This document shows, one piece after another, positions 36,835-47,301 of a DNA stretch of 64,000 nucleotides; the stretch's first letter is position 1, and each line of letters begins with the position of its first letter. The DNA comes from an uncultured Methanosarcinales archaeon (GTDB lineage Archaea > Nanobdellota > Nanobdellia > Woesearchaeales > ARS49): assembly GCA_964358315.1 (NCBI GenBank), contig CAYHOF010000005.1, positions 19,354 through 83,353 on the forward strand, written 5' to 3'. The notes under the pieces are model-generated. The model worked only from the letters and a program-made list of their open reading frames with translations. It searched no databases and was not told the origin of the DNA. A program made the position numbers and the translations under genes.

Positions 36835-38343
36835 ATGGCAGAAGAGAAACCCTACGTTGCCTACCGGCTTTCGGCAGACGTGAAGGACAAGGGCATAGGA
36901 TTTTGCATCAAGAAAGCCGTCACGACGTACTTGCAGCATAACAACCTGACAGGCAAGCTGTGTGAGACAAAAGCGACATCCGACCAATTCGAGGGTGTTC
37001 TGCACATCTATCCTAACGGCAATCTTGACCTCAACATGAACGCGCTTGTCGCACACATCGAGGGCAGCGGACGCATGCCGAGCAAGGAATCTCGCAAGCC
37101 AACAATCCATATCGAGCCAGTCATCCCCGCCGAATACGGACAGTTGGTCGAGCGGGCGCCGGTCGCTTCGGATGATCAATGGGTGAAGACCGTGGATCAG
37201 TTGCACACGGCCCACGCACAGGAGGTCGAGGGGTTCCAACAAAGGGCCTCCAGCCTCACGCATGCAGTTGAAGGACAGAAGCGGCTTCTCGAGGACAAGG
37301 ACGGGAAGATCCGCTCACTTGAGGCTCGTCTCAAGACGATGAGCGAGACCGAATTCGACTCGCCTCTCAAGGCGGTCATCGATGGTTATCTCCGCAAAGG
37401 ATTAGAGACGTTCTGGCCTGTCTATATCGATCATGAGATGATAACATCCAATGATGATGTTGATTTTTTCATTCGTTGTTCGGTTGGAGAACGCAGGCCG
37501 GCGTTCTTTGAATACATCAACGACAAGCACAAACGAACCTTCAAATCAGATGAGGATCTCTTTGAGTGGCAACAAAAGACTCAGACATATGACAGTTGGC
37601 GCGTGACGCCAAACGGCATGGCCGTGCTTGCAGGCTTCGCAGCGTATGAGTGCGATCTGCATGCGGTGCAAGCGGCCGAGAAGAGTCAGGCAAGTCCTGC
37701 GATGATCGACGCGATGCGCAGCGTTCTCACCAAACATGACGTGCCTTCCATTGAAGCTAAGAAGGTTACGTGCGAGCGCGAGCACGCAGAGGACCGTGCC
37801 ATGTTTGGGACGCTTTCCTCGTTACGGGAATCGTACAGGGAGCTTCTGCAAGTACTTGATAATTCTAGCAAACGCAGAGAGGCGAAATCAGCCATGATGC
37901 TGTTGGTGCACCGTATCCAAGGGTCTGAATCCAAAGTGTCGGTCTACATGCCCTCGTTCGAGGCAAACCATGCGCTTCATAGCTGCCTCAACGAGGCAGT
38001 CACAAGGCAAGTGGCGGTTGGAGGAGACCGTGAGCGGGTCATTGAGGTCAAGGCGCGTTGGGAATCGACGCCGTATTCCAATGAAATCGTGCGGCTTGAC
38101 TTCATGATCGAGCCTCAACTTGATACTCTTACGTTACACGGCCTGCATTCGACTGTCACAGAGGACATCATGCAATCATTCCCTGTCACTGAGCTTCCGA
38201 TGGCGCTTGGTGTAGTACCAACGCCGATATTGCTCAAAGAGCAGCAAGGAATCATGGGATTCGGCGAGAAAACACCGCATGAGGCATTACAGGAATTCGT
38301 GGCCCGCCAAAACCAACAAGGCACTGCAGATCCAACGCAGTGA
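36835..38343 (+). CDS. Hypothetical coiled-coil protein
   Basis: 502-aa ORF; TTTATTAA box about 25 nt upstream. Confidence 0.7.
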   Translation: MAEEKPYVAYRLSADVKDKGIGFCIKKAVTTYLQHNNLTGKLCETKATSDQFEGVLHIYPNGNLDLNMNALVAHIEGSGRMPSKESRKPTIHIEPVIPAEYGQLVERAPVASDDQWVKTVDQLHTAHAQEVEGFQQRASSLTHAVEGQKRLLEDKDGKIRSLEARLKTMSETEFDSPLKAVIDGYLRKGLETFWPVYIDHEMITSNDDVDFFIRCSVGERRPAFFEYINDKHKRTFKSDEDLFEWQQKTQTYDSWRVTPNGMAVLAGFAAYECDLHAVQAAEKSQASPAMIDAMRSVLTKHDVPSIEAKKVTCEREHAEDRAMFGTLSSLRESYRELLQVLDNSSKRREAKSAMMLLVHRIQGSESKVSVYMPSFEANHALHSCLNEAVTRQVAVGGDRERVIEVKARWESTPYSNEIVRLDFMIEPQLDTLTLHGLHSTVTEDIMQSFPVTELPMALGVVPTPILLKEQQGIMGFGEKTPHEALQEFVARQNQQGTADPTQ

Positions 38344-38392
38344 TTACCTCAGATCGTCTTGTCCTATCTCGATATCATTCGTGAAATCGACA

Positions 38393-39709
38393 TCACGCCT
38401 TTATCGCATTGCTCAGCTCGGCGACTTTCGCGTCCAAGAGCGCTTTCGTGTCTGCTTCGATGTTGAGTCGCAAGAGCGGTTCGGTGTTGCTTGGGCGGAC
38501 GTTGAACCACCAGTCGTCGAACTCGATCGTGATGCCATCAAGGTCGGAGAACGTGCCGGTGCTGTAGCGTTCGCGCAGCCGTTGCATGACCTTTTGTTTG
38601 TCCTTGACGGTGAAGTTGATCTCGCCGCTGGCGAAATACGTGAGCAAGGGCGCCGCGAGCGCTGAGAGCTTTTGCTTGCTCGAGCACACGAGGCCCAGCA
38701 TGAGGACGAGCGTGATGTCGCCGCTGTCCGCATAGCTGTTGGACGCGTAATAATAATGCCCGCTGAGTTCGCCGGCGAAGATGGCACCAGTCTCACGCAT
38801 CGTGGCCTTGATGAAGCTGTGGCCCACGCGCGTCATGAGCGCGTTGCCGCCGAGCGTTTCGATGCGTTGACGCACCGCCTTGCTTGAACGCAGGTCGTAG
38901 AGGATCGTCGCCTTCGGTTTTTGCTTGAGCAATTGTTCGGCGATGAGCGCGGTGATGAAGTCTGGCTGGATGAGAATGCCTTTTTCGTCCACGAAAAAGA
39001 CGCGGTCGCAGTCAGCGTCGTACGCGACGCCGAACTCTGCGTTATTCTTCACGACCGCTTTGGCCAGTGCGTCTGTCGCGCCGACAAGGAACGGGTTCGG
39101 CCCGCGGCCTGGAAAGTTGCCGTCACGTTCGAAGAACAAGGGGACGATCTCAATGCCGATCTTGCGTGCGATCTCGCCGACTGCGATGCTCGCGGCGCCA
39201 TTGCCTGCGTCCACCACGACCTTCATCTTCCGGTCGATGCCTGCCGCGTACAACGCCACGTCGTCGACGAACTCCTTGAGGATGTCCATCGTCGTGACGC
39301 GGCCTTTCTTCTTCACATCAGGGAATTTCTTTTGCGCGACGAGCGCTTCGATCTCCTTGAGGCCGCTCTCGGAGCCGATTGGGACGGCGCCTTTGCGGCA
39401 CGGCTTGAAGCCGTTGTACTCTTTCGGCGTGTGGCTGGCCGTGATCATCACGGCGTGCTCGCGTCGCGCCGCGAAATACAGCATGTTGGTCGAGCAGAGC
39501 CCGATGTCCTTGACATTGCAGCCCTGGTCAGTGACGCCCTCGATGAATTTCTTGTGCAACGCCGGGCTCGAGTGGCGCACGTCATAGCCGACGATGATGG
39601 TCGAGGCGTCGAGAAAAATGACGAGCGCACGGCCGAAGTCATACGCGAACTGCTCATCGAGCTCGTTCGGGTAGACGCCGCGGATATCGTATGCTTTGAA
39701 CACTCCCAT
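38393..39709 (-). CDS. Phosphomannomutase/phosphoglucomutase
   Basis: FKAYDIRG, ITASH, DADCDR, GELSGH, RPSNTEP. Confidence 0.95.
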   Translation of the reverse strand: MGVFKAYDIRGVYPNELDEQFAYDFGRALVIFLDASTIIVGYDVRHSSPALHKKFIEGVTDQGCNVKDIGLCSTNMLYFAARREHAVMITASHTPKEYNGFKPCRKGAVPIGSESGLKEIEALVAQKKFPDVKKKGRVTTMDILKEFVDDVALYAAGIDRKMKVVVDAGNGAASIAVGEIARKIGIEIVPLFFERDGNFPGRGPNPFLVGATDALAKAVVKNNAEFGVAYDADCDRVFFVDEKGILIQPDFITALIAEQLLKQKPKATILYDLRSSKAVRQRIETLGGNALMTRVGHSFIKATMRETGAIFAGELSGHYYYASNSYADSGDITLVLMLGLVCSSKQKLSALAAPLLTYFASGEINFTVKDKQKVMQRLRERYSTGTFSDLDGITIEFDDWWFNVRPSNTEPLLRLNIEADTKALLDAKVAELSNAIKA

Positions 39710-39751
39710 CAGTCACACCTATGTGCGCGTGGAGCGTGGTGGTTAAAAACG

Positions 39752-40198
39752 TTATGGCGCGGGCAATGTGCTGCTGTCCTGGCGTATCCACTGGGTGATA
39801 TTGCTCAACTCGGCGGCGAGGGCGTGTTCGAGTCCTTGCTGTGTCGAAGAGAGCGGCCCAATGACCTGTCTGTGTTTTTTCCAGCCAGTGATGGCATTGT
39901 TGACGAGATGCGCTTGCGCAGCGAGAATGTACCTCATGTTGCCTGTTGTCAGGTCATCGAGGTGCTGTAACGCATACCATGCGTCTTGGAAGTCACACGA
40001 ACCTGGCTTGCCACCGGTTGCAGTGTACGCACCATTGATGAGTTGCATGACGACGTCGCGTACCGTGCATTGATTCTGCGGTGGATCGTAGCGTTCAAGA
40101 AGACGGATGTACCTGCCGGCGAGGCCATTGAGACTCTTCAGTTGGTCATCCATAACAACACTCACTTCATTCACTTGCGCATGTGCAACGACGGCCAT
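39752..40198 (-). CDS. Hypothetical protein
   Basis: ORF between neighbours. Confidence 0.5.
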   Translation of the reverse strand: MAVVAHAQVNEVSVVMDDQLKSLNGLAGRYIRLLERYDPPQNQCTVRDVVMQLINGAYTATGGKPGSCDFQDAWYALQHLDDLTTGNMRYILAAQAHLVNNAITGWKKHRQVIGPLSSTQQGLEHALAAELSNITQWIRQDSSTLPAP

Positions 40199-40335
40199 TC
40201 AAGGCCGTACTTGCGGGCGCGTGCTTGTTCGAGGCTTACGAGGCGACGGCATTCCACACACCACTTGCGCATAGGACTCAGGCTTTGTACTGGACCGCTG
40301 CACCGCTGGCACATGACCTGCACTGTTTGTTGCAT
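40171..40335 (-). CDS. Small Zn-finger protein
   Basis: CQRC...WCVEC. Confidence 0.5.
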   Translation of the reverse strand: MQQTVQVMCQRCSGPVQSLSPMRKWCVECRRLVSLEQARARKYGLEWPSLHMRK

Positions 40336-40501
40336 GCTCTCCCCCGTCTTCCTCACCTGTGGTGGTGGCGCGAGGGGCGATTTATATTGATTTCGTAATT
40401 GTAGCGACTTGAGAGTGGTTATCGTTGATGAAACCGTGGTGCGCATATAGTTGCGCGCCATCATCAGCTTTAATAACGTTGCGGAACAGGACCTGCATTG
40501 T

Positions 40502-40897
40502 ATGGAAACGACACTCCTCACCTACGTCGTGCTGTTTTTCACGTTCGGGCTGCTTGGCTGGGTCATCGACACGACATATCAACGCATCATCGACGGGTAC
40601 TGGCTCTCGCATACGTACATCCCGTTCTTCGCGGTCATCTATGCAATTGGCGGCACAACACTCGTCCTGTTCTACCAGACAGTCACATTGCTTCCTGCCG
40701 CACAAGTCATGAGCGCCACCGTGATGCTGACGCTCATCGAACTCATCGGTGGCGTGTTTTCTGTCACAGTGCTCAATGTCAGACTATGGGACTATTCGCA
40801 TCACGCACTGAATTTCATGGGGCACATCGACGCGCTGCACACGTTCTATTGGTTCCTGTTCGCGCTCGGCTTCAGGATCATCATGATGTACGTCTAG
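40502..40897 (+). CDS. Membrane protein, putative ABC permease-like (CmpB/DUF1113-like)
   Basis: FGLLGW, PF..IY..GG, ELIGG, RLWDYS...NFMGHI. Confidence 0.75.
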   Translation: METTLLTYVVLFFTFGLLGWVIDTTYQRIIDGYWLSHTYIPFFAVIYAIGGTTLVLFYQTVTLLPAAQVMSATVMLTLIELIGGVFSVTVLNVRLWDYSHHALNFMGHIDALHTFYWFLFALGFRIIMMYV

Positions 40898-41628
40898 CCC
40901 CAGCGTTCGAAAAAGACGTGCTCGTGCGGCACGTTGAGCTCGTCAAGCAGTTCCTGCACTGATTGCACGAACCCTTGCGGGCCGCAGATGTAGAAGTGCG
41001 CGCCCTTCAGGTTCTTGACGTGTTCTTTGACCATGCGGGTGTTGATGCGCGCGCGATGCCCTTGCCAGTCGCTCTCGGCGGGCTCCTGCGTGAGCGTCTG
41101 CACGTACGAGAAATCGTCATGCTTTTGCGCGCGGTGCTCAAGTTCGTCCTCGAAGATGATGTCGTGCTGCGTCTTGCACGAGAAGATGAGCGTGCAACGG
41201 GATTTCTTGTCAGCGTCTTGGATGTGCCTGAGCATGCTCATGAGCGGCGCGATGCCCGTCCCTGCCGCGAGCAGGCAGACGTCTTGCGGCAACGGTTCGT
41301 TGAGGACGAACTTGCCGTACGGGCCCATGATGTCGACATGCGCGCCTTCTTGTAGCTTGAAGAATGCCTGCGTGAAGAATCCTTCCTTGCGGATGGTGAG
41401 CTCGATCGCGTCCTTGACGAGCGGGCTGCTCGACACGGAATATGGTTTGGGACCGTACTTGGTGCCGTCATGCTCGAAACTCAATGACACGAACATGCCT
41501 GGCGTGAACGTGATGACTTCGTGCTTGACTGGCGTGAGCGTGAACACCGCGACAGTCGGCGTGTGCCTCTCGACCTTCACGAGTTCGAACGTGCGCTTGC
41601 GGGCGAGCGATGCCATCGGAAGCCCCAT
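40894..41628 (-). CDS. FAD/NAD(P)-binding oxidoreductase (FNR-like)
   Basis: FTPGMF, KPYSVSS, GPYGKF, AAGTGIAP, YICGP, FERW. Confidence 0.9.
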   Translation of the reverse strand: MGLPMASLARKRTFELVKVERHTPTVAVFTLTPVKHEVITFTPGMFVSLSFEHDGTKYGPKPYSVSSSPLVKDAIELTIRKEGFFTQAFFKLQEGAHVDIMGPYGKFVLNEPLPQDVCLLAAGTGIAPLMSMLRHIQDADKKSRCTLIFSCKTQHDIIFEDELEHRAQKHDDFSYVQTLTQEPAESDWQGHRARINTRMVKEHVKNLKGAHFYICGPQGFVQSVQELLDELNVPHEHVFFERWG

Positions 41629-42098
41629 CAGCGGTCACCGAATGCTGCGAGGACGTCGGCAGCGTGTCCTTCAGGGCTCGCTTTTGGGAAGATGCGCATG
41701 ATCCTGCCGTCCTCGTCGATGAGGAAGGTGGCGCGCGTGATGCCGATGTACGTCTTGCCATACGCGGTCTTCTTGCCCCACACGCCGTAACGCGTGGCCG
41801 CGTCATGTGTCGGGTCGGAAAGTAACGTGAAGCCGAGGTTGTGCTTTGTCGCGAACGCGGCGTGGCTTGCCTCATCGTCCGGGCTGATGCCAAGCACCAC
41901 GATATCCCGCTTCTTGTACTCGAGGGCGGCATCCCTGAACGAGCATGCCTGCGTCGTGCAGCCAGGAGTGTCATCCTGCGGGTAAAAGTAGACCACGACC
42001 CGTTTGCCACGCAATGATGCGAGCGAGACCTTCGCGCCCGTCCTGTCCTTGAGCGAGAAATCCGGCGCGTCGTCCCCGACAGCGAGTGTGATTGACAT
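41628..42098 (-). CDS. bcp: Peroxiredoxin BCP/PrxQ
   Basis: YFYPQDDTPGCTTQACSFRD. Confidence 0.95.
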   Translation of the reverse strand: MSITLAVGDDAPDFSLKDRTGAKVSLASLRGKRVVVYFYPQDDTPGCTTQACSFRDAALEYKKRDIVVLGISPDDEASHAAFATKHNLGFTLLSDPTHDAATRYGVWGKKTAYGKTYIGITRATFLIDEDGRIMRIFPKASPEGHAADVLAAFGDR

Positions 42099-42141
42099 GC
42101 CTTCTGAGACCCGTCGGTGATATAAAAGGGTTAGGATGGTT

Positions 42142-42633
42142 TCATCCTTCTCGTGCGATGGCGCGTCCATACCCGCCGATGACGAGTTCGCACGCGTCAC
42201 TGTCTTTTCCTGCACTGTGGACGGCGAACACGTCTGCCACATAGATGTAGACACCGCCGATACGCTCCACGTCACCTTTGTCGATCCAGGCGAACTCGCG
42301 CCCGACGCGCACGCCGCACCGCTCTTCGGACTCATCGACGTCGATGACCTGGACGCGGATGACGGTCTTGACAGGGACGGGTGTCGTTGGACTCGAGGTC
42401 ACTGGCTGCATGTCTTGCGGGGCGGTGACGGTCTGGTTCGTCGCGACCACGAACGACACCGCTTCGATCTGGAGAGGAGCTCGTGGGACAGGTCCTATGG
42501 TGAGTGGCGTGCGGCCAAACAGCCCTATGGCAACCATGATGGCGCCTAGCGCCAGCAAGGTAATGAACCATCCTGAGGTAATGAACCATCCTGGCATACT
42601 CTTCATCCTCTTTTTCATAGGCGTTACGGGCAT
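42142..42633 (-). CDS. Membrane-anchored hypothetical protein
   Basis: N-terminal TM; contains an 18-bp tandem duplication at about 42559-42594. Confidence 0.55.
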   Translation of the reverse strand: MPVTPMKKRMKSMPGWFITSGWFITLLALGAIMVAIGLFGRTPLTIGPVPRAPLQIEAVSFVVATNQTVTAPQDMQPVTSSPTTPVPVKTVIRVQVIDVDESEERCGVRVGREFAWIDKGDVERIGGVYIYVADVFAVHSAGKDSDACELVIGGYGRAIAREG

Positions 42634-42714
42634 ATGATGCTTGTGGGAATAAAAAGGTTGGCCGCGCAAAGCTTAAATGAGCAGCCGGTCCACCTGGTCG
42701 TGAGGTGCACCACA

Positions 42715-43314
42715 ATGCATGAACTGCCGAAATTATCATACTCTTACGACGCACTCGAGCCGCATATCGATGCGAAGACGATGGAGATCCATCACACCAA
42801 GCACCACCAGACGTACGTGGACAAGCTCAATGCCGCGCTCAAGGACCATCCTGACCTGCAGAAAAAGACGGCCGAGGAATTGCTCAAGGACCTCAATGCC
42901 GTTCCTGAGGCGATCCGCGGCGCGGTACGCAATCACGGCGGCGGCCATGTGAACCATGCGTTCTTCTGGCAATCGCTCAAGAAAGACGTGAAATGTTCAG
43001 GGAAGATCGCGGAGGCGATCGACCAGAAGTGGGGTTCCTTTGATACGTTCAAGACAGAGTTCACCAACGCCGCCCTCAACAGGTTCGGCAGCGGCTGGGC
43101 GTGGCTTGTGAGCCACCAAGGACATCTCGAGATTGTGAGCACTGCAAACCAGGACAGCCCGCTCACTGATGGTAAAACGCCGCTGCTCGGCATCGACGTA
43201 TGGGAACATGCGTACTATCTCAAGTACCAATGGAAGCGTGCCGACTACGTCAACGCGTTCTTCAACGTGATAGACTGGCACAAAGTCGACGAGAATCTCG
43301 CGAAGGCAGACTGA
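42715..43314 (+). CDS. sod: Fe/Mn superoxide dismutase
   Basis: [27 protein letters not shown]. Confidence 0.97.
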   Translation: MHELPKLSYSYDALEPHIDAKTMEIHHTKHHQTYVDKLNAALKDHPDLQKKTAEELLKDLNAVPEAIRGAVRNHGGGHVNHAFFWQSLKKDVKCSGKIAEAIDQKWGSFDTFKTEFTNAALNRFGSGWAWLVSHQGHLEIVSTANQDSPLTDGKTPLLGIDVWEHAYYLKYQWKRADYVNAFFNVIDWHKVDENLAKAD

Positions 43315-43346
43315 CGCACTAGTTTCACTAGGGACAATCCGTATTA

Positions 43347-43868
43347 GTGGTCGCGCCTGTCATGGGATGCATGCCGCCGTCCCAGTTGCCGCCTGACATC
43401 GTGCAGTACCTCAAGACACTCACGCTCCACGACGGGTATTCTGATGAGAGCAGGGGATTCCAGACATGGCATTGCCGGAGTTTCGGGTTCGACGACACGT
43501 TGGACGCGTTCGTCATCGAGGACGTGGTGCACGAGTACCGCATCACGTCAGGGTGGGAGAAGGAACTGCGCTTTTACGTGCCTCGCGACCACGGGCTGCG
43601 CCTTGTACACGCGTTCCGTGACGATGGCCGGGCTGAATTGAAAGGGATGGGCGTACGCACCGAGCAAGAGAAAGACTGGGATGAGGAGGACTGCATGACG
43701 CCGGGTCGCATCATCGTGCAGCCGCATCATGCGGGTGGCGCGCTGGTCGTGCAAGGCGCCGCACTCAAGCTCGAGAAGCTGGTCTACTGGCCTGCCGGTA
43801 TCGGGATGGAATGCAATGAGGACGGTGTCAAGGATGCCGTTGTGCAGGCGCTTGGGCGCCTGGTTTAG
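43347..43868 (+). CDS. Hypothetical protein
   Basis: ORF with host-like codon use. Confidence 0.55.
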   Translation: MVAPVMGCMPPSQLPPDIVQYLKTLTLHDGYSDESRGFQTWHCRSFGFDDTLDAFVIEDVVHEYRITSGWEKELRFYVPRDHGLRLVHAFRDDGRAELKGMGVRTEQEKDWDEEDCMTPGRIIVQPHHAGGALVVQGAALKLEKLVYWPAGIGMECNEDGVKDAVVQALGRLV

Positions 43869-43918
43869 TGCACCGCACGCCACAAATCCTTTAATACGGG
43901 AATGTGGGCGTCGGTGTC

Positions 43919-44440
43919 ATGAAAATAGCGGTGATAGGGACGCATTCCACAGGTAAGACCACGCTCTGTCATGACATCGTCGCCGCGCTGCGGCACGTGG
44001 GCAGGGACGCGCAGGTCGTCAATGAAGTGGCGCGCGGCTCGCCATTGCCTGTGAACGAGAACACGTCCTTCGACGCGCAGTACTGGGTGCTCGCCACGCA
44101 GATCAAGCACGAGATCGAGTACGGCACGCTGCACGAGACGATCGTGTGCGACCGCGGCGTGATCGACAATTTCATGTACTTGCTGCGACGCTTCCCGGAC
44201 AAGGCTGCGTTGCTCACGCCGCTCGTGCTCGAGCACTGCAAACGGTACGACCTCATCATCCGCACGCTCATCGAGAAAGACGCGGAGAAAGATAGCTTCC
44301 GCTCGGTCGACCAGGGATTCCGGGAAGAGATCGACGCCATGCTCGGGACGTTCCTTGAGACGCACGGCATCCCGCACGTCACGATCACGGGCAACGACAA
44401 GGTCGCCAAGATCGTGTCGCTCATCCAGGAGGCGCCATGA
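43919..44440 (+). CDS. P-loop kinase, NadR/AAA_28-like
   Basis: GTHSTGKTT, EVAR, VCDRGVID. Confidence 0.8.
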   Translation: MKIAVIGTHSTGKTTLCHDIVAALRHVGRDAQVVNEVARGSPLPVNENTSFDAQYWVLATQIKHEIEYGTLHETIVCDRGVIDNFMYLLRRFPDKAALLTPLVLEHCKRYDLIIRTLIEKDAEKDSFRSVDQGFREEIDAMLGTFLETHGIPHVTITGNDKVAKIVSLIQEAP

Positions 44441-45696
44441 GGACGCGCGTGCGTGTGCCGCTCAATGGCAGTGGTGCCGCTGTCGACTTCGATGACTGCC
44501 CGAACGTGTTCCTGCACAGGCACGTGCAGCTCATGAACGGCAGGCAGCAGCTCGCGCTCGCCAAGTGGCCCTTCCCTGACGCGCAGCACGCGCGCCTCGG
44601 CCACTGCGTCGGTTCAGGCTATTTTGCCGCGCAGCTGGGCACCGCTGTCGGACTGCCGCGCGATGAAGTGCTCGCGCTCAAGATCGCAGGCCTCACGCAT
44701 GACATAGGGCATGGCGCGTGTTCGCACGTGATCGAGAGCATCACGAAACTCTATGGTGTCGAGCATCACGACATGACGCTCGAGAAGCTCACGGAAATGC
44801 AGCACGTGATCCAGCAATACTGCGACTATGGTCTCGTGCGAGCCATCCTTGAAGGAGAGCACGCGCTCAGCCCGTTCGTCTCCAGCATCGTCGGCGGCGA
44901 CAAGGTGGACTATGTCATGCGCGACCGCCACCATTGCGGCTTCGAGACAAAGGTCGACCCTCGACACATCTATGCTGGCGCGAGACTCGTCGGTCCCGAG
45001 CGTCGCCTGGCGTTCGAGCACAGGACCAAGGCGCTCACCAACCTCTTGCGGGAATGGTGGGGCGCGCACACCGAGATTTACCTGCACAAGGAGGTCGAGA
45101 TCCCGCGCGCCATGTTCAGGAGGGCGGCCAACTTCCACCACGACGCGACAGGGTGGGATTGCAACGACATCTATGACATGCTTGATTCCGACTTGGAAGC
45201 GCTGTTCCGTTCTTCCCCGAGCGCTGCGAGCGACTTGCAGCGGCACATCGATCATGGCGCGCAGTACCATGTGTATGGCGCGCTGCACCACGACATGCAG
45301 GAGCCGGAGAATGACACGGTAGTGACGTCATTGAAGCCAGGCGAATTCACGTTGCGTCACGCGTTCGCGCTCGAAGCGGAATTGTCGAAGGAAGCAGGCA
45401 TCCCTCGCCATGGCGTCATCGTGACCGTGAGCGACGGCATCGACCGCCTCCACGCAAAAGGGAAGGCGAACGGCATCTACGAGGTCGGGCGTGATGGCGT
45501 GCCCAAACCGTTTGGCGACCAGCATCCTGGCGTGGTCAACGGGCTTGAGCACGACACGTACCGGCATTTCGCGCTGCGCGTCGTGGTGCTGCCAGAATAC
45601 TGGGAGAAGGCCCGCAGCAGCCTGCCGCCGCTCGCGGAAATCAACGCAAGGGCAGAAGAGATGGCACGACAACCATACGACGCAGTCAAGCGCTGA
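44437..45696 (+). CDS. HD-domain phosphohydrolase (SAMHD1/dNTPase-like)
   Basis: FPDAQHARLGH, LTHDIGHG..SH, DKVDYVMRD, IYLH. Confidence 0.8.
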   Translation: MRTRVRVPLNGSGAAVDFDDCPNVFLHRHVQLMNGRQQLALAKWPFPDAQHARLGHCVGSGYFAAQLGTAVGLPRDEVLALKIAGLTHDIGHGACSHVIESITKLYGVEHHDMTLEKLTEMQHVIQQYCDYGLVRAILEGEHALSPFVSSIVGGDKVDYVMRDRHHCGFETKVDPRHIYAGARLVGPERRLAFEHRTKALTNLLREWWGAHTEIYLHKEVEIPRAMFRRAANFHHDATGWDCNDIYDMLDSDLEALFRSSPSAASDLQRHIDHGAQYHVYGALHHDMQEPENDTVVTSLKPGEFTLRHAFALEAELSKEAGIPRHGVIVTVSDGIDRLHAKGKANGIYEVGRDGVPKPFGDQHPGVVNGLEHDTYRHFALRVVVLPEYWEKARSSLPPLAEINARAEEMARQPYDAVKR

Positions 45697-46075
45697 CGTG
45701 CTGTTCTCGTGCCACGAGCGCCATCTTCATGACTTTGTAGCCGAGCAGCGCGCACTTGAGACGCATGCCGCTGATGGGCACGTTCAGCATGGTGAGCACT
45801 TCTTGCTTGTCCATGGTCGCCGCTTGCTTGACGGTCTTGCCGACGAGCGACTCGGCGAGCATGCTTGCCGCCGCGAGCGAGATGGCGCAGCCACTGCCAT
45901 CGAACTTGGCGTCGGTGATGGTGTCATTATCCACTGCGAGCGTGATGGTCATCTCGTCGCCGCAGGACGTGTTGACGTCGTGCGCGTGCGCGTGCGTGCC
46001 TTCGATGACGCCTTTGTTGCGCGGGTTGCGGAAATAGTCCAGGATGATCTCCTGGTACATCTGTTCGCTGCTCAT
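45686..46075 (-). CDS. sufU: SufU/IscU-type scaffold
   Basis: NTSCGD, GCAIS, RLKCA. Confidence 0.9.
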   Translation of the reverse strand: MSSEQMYQEIILDYFRNPRNKGVIEGTHAHAHDVNTSCGDEMTITLAVDNDTITDAKFDGSGCAISLAAASMLAESLVGKTVKQAATMDKQEVLTMLNVPISGMRLKCALLGYKVMKMALVAREQHVSA

Positions 46076-47301
46076 CGTCCGAAGACCTCTTGGCAGTGGC
46101 GTAGGCCGTCGATGAGCGCGTCCACGTCTTCGACCGTGTTGTAGACGTAGAAGCTCACCCTGCAGCTCGCTTCGATGCCCAGCGCCCGGTGCAGTGGCAT
46201 GGCACAGTGGTGGCCGCTGCGCACCGCGATGCCTTGGTCGTCGAGCAGCGACGCGACGTCGTGCGCAGGGATGCCTTCCACGACGAAGGGCAGCACGCCA
46301 AGGCGTTGCGAAGGGTCGTTGGGCCCGAGGACCGTGATGCCCGGCACTGCCGCAAGCCGCTGCAATGCGTACGTCGTGAGGTGGCGTTCGTGCGCTTCGA
46401 CGTCCTTCATGCCGATGTTATTCAGGTTCTCGATCGCTTTCGCCAACCCGATGGCGCCTGCCACGTTCGGCGTGCCTGCCTCGAACTTTTGCGGCACGTC
46501 GTTCCACGTGCTGCCCTCGAGCGCGACCTCCCGTATCATGTCGCCGCCGACAAGGAAGGGCGGCATGCGTTCAAGCAGTTTCTTCCTGCCATACAGCACG
46601 CGGATGCCCATGGGCCCGAGCATTTTGTGGCCTGAGAACACCATGAAATCACAATCGAGGTCGTCGACATCGACTGCCATGTGCGGCACGCTCTGCGCTG
46701 CGTCGAGCAGCACGAGCGCGCCTGCCGCGTGCGCCTTGCGGATCATGTCCTTCGCAGGATTGATCGTGCCAAGCACGTTGGAGACGTGGGTGAATGCGAA
46801 AAGTTTTGGTTTGTGCTGCAGCAGTTCGGCGAGGTCGTCCTGGCGCAGCACGCCGTTTTCGTCGACGCGGACGTAGCCGATGCGCGCACCTGCTTCTTTG
46901 GCGAGTTCCTGCCAGGGCACGATGTTGCTGTGGTGCTCTGCCTGCGTGAGCACGATCATGTCGCCGTTCTTGACGTTCTGGCGCGCCCACGTGCGCGCGA
47001 CAAGGTTGATGGCCTCGGTGGCGTTGCGCACGAACACGATCTGGTCAGTGTCGGTGTTGATGAATTTCGCGACTGTCGCGCGTGCGTTCTCGTACGCCTC
47101 GGTCGCCTTGACGCTCAAGGTGTGCACGCCGCGGTGGACGTTGGCGTTGAGCGTTTGGTAGAACGTGCGTTCTGCATCCAGCACGGAGACAGGTTTCTGT
47201 GATGTCGCCGCGCTGTCGAGATAGACGAGGCGTTTGCCATTCACGGTGCGTTGCAGCAGCGGGAATTGCTGGCGTACTTGCGCGAAGATGCGTTCGTTCA
47301 T
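46072..47301 (-). CDS. sufS: Cysteine desulfurase SufS
   Basis: YLDSAATSQKP, EHHSN, SGHKM, RSGHHCA. Confidence 0.96.
   Translation of the reverse strand: MNERIFAQVRQQFPLLQRTVNGKRLVYLDSAATSQKPVSVLDAERTFYQTLNANVHRGVHTLSVKATEAYENARATVAKFINTDTDQIVFVRNATEAINLVARTWARQNVKNGDMIVLTQAEHHSNIVPWQELAKEAGARIGYVRVDENGVLRQDDLAELLQHKPKLFAFTHVSNVLGTINPAKDMIRKAHAAGALVLLDAAQSVPHMAVDVDDLDCDFMVFSGHKMLGPMGIRVLYGRKKLLERMPPFLVGGDMIREVALEGSTWNDVPQKFEAGTPNVAGAIGLAKAIENLNNIGMKDVEAHERHLTTYALQRLAAVPGITVLGPNDPSQRLGVLPFVVEGIPAHDVASLLDDQGIAVRSGHHCAMPLHRALGIEASCRVSFYVYNTVEDVDALIDGLRHCQEVFGR

Noticed and set aside
42559..42594. 18-bp tandem repeat
   Set aside because: Only two copies, in frame ([12 protein letters not shown]); a simple slippage duplication.
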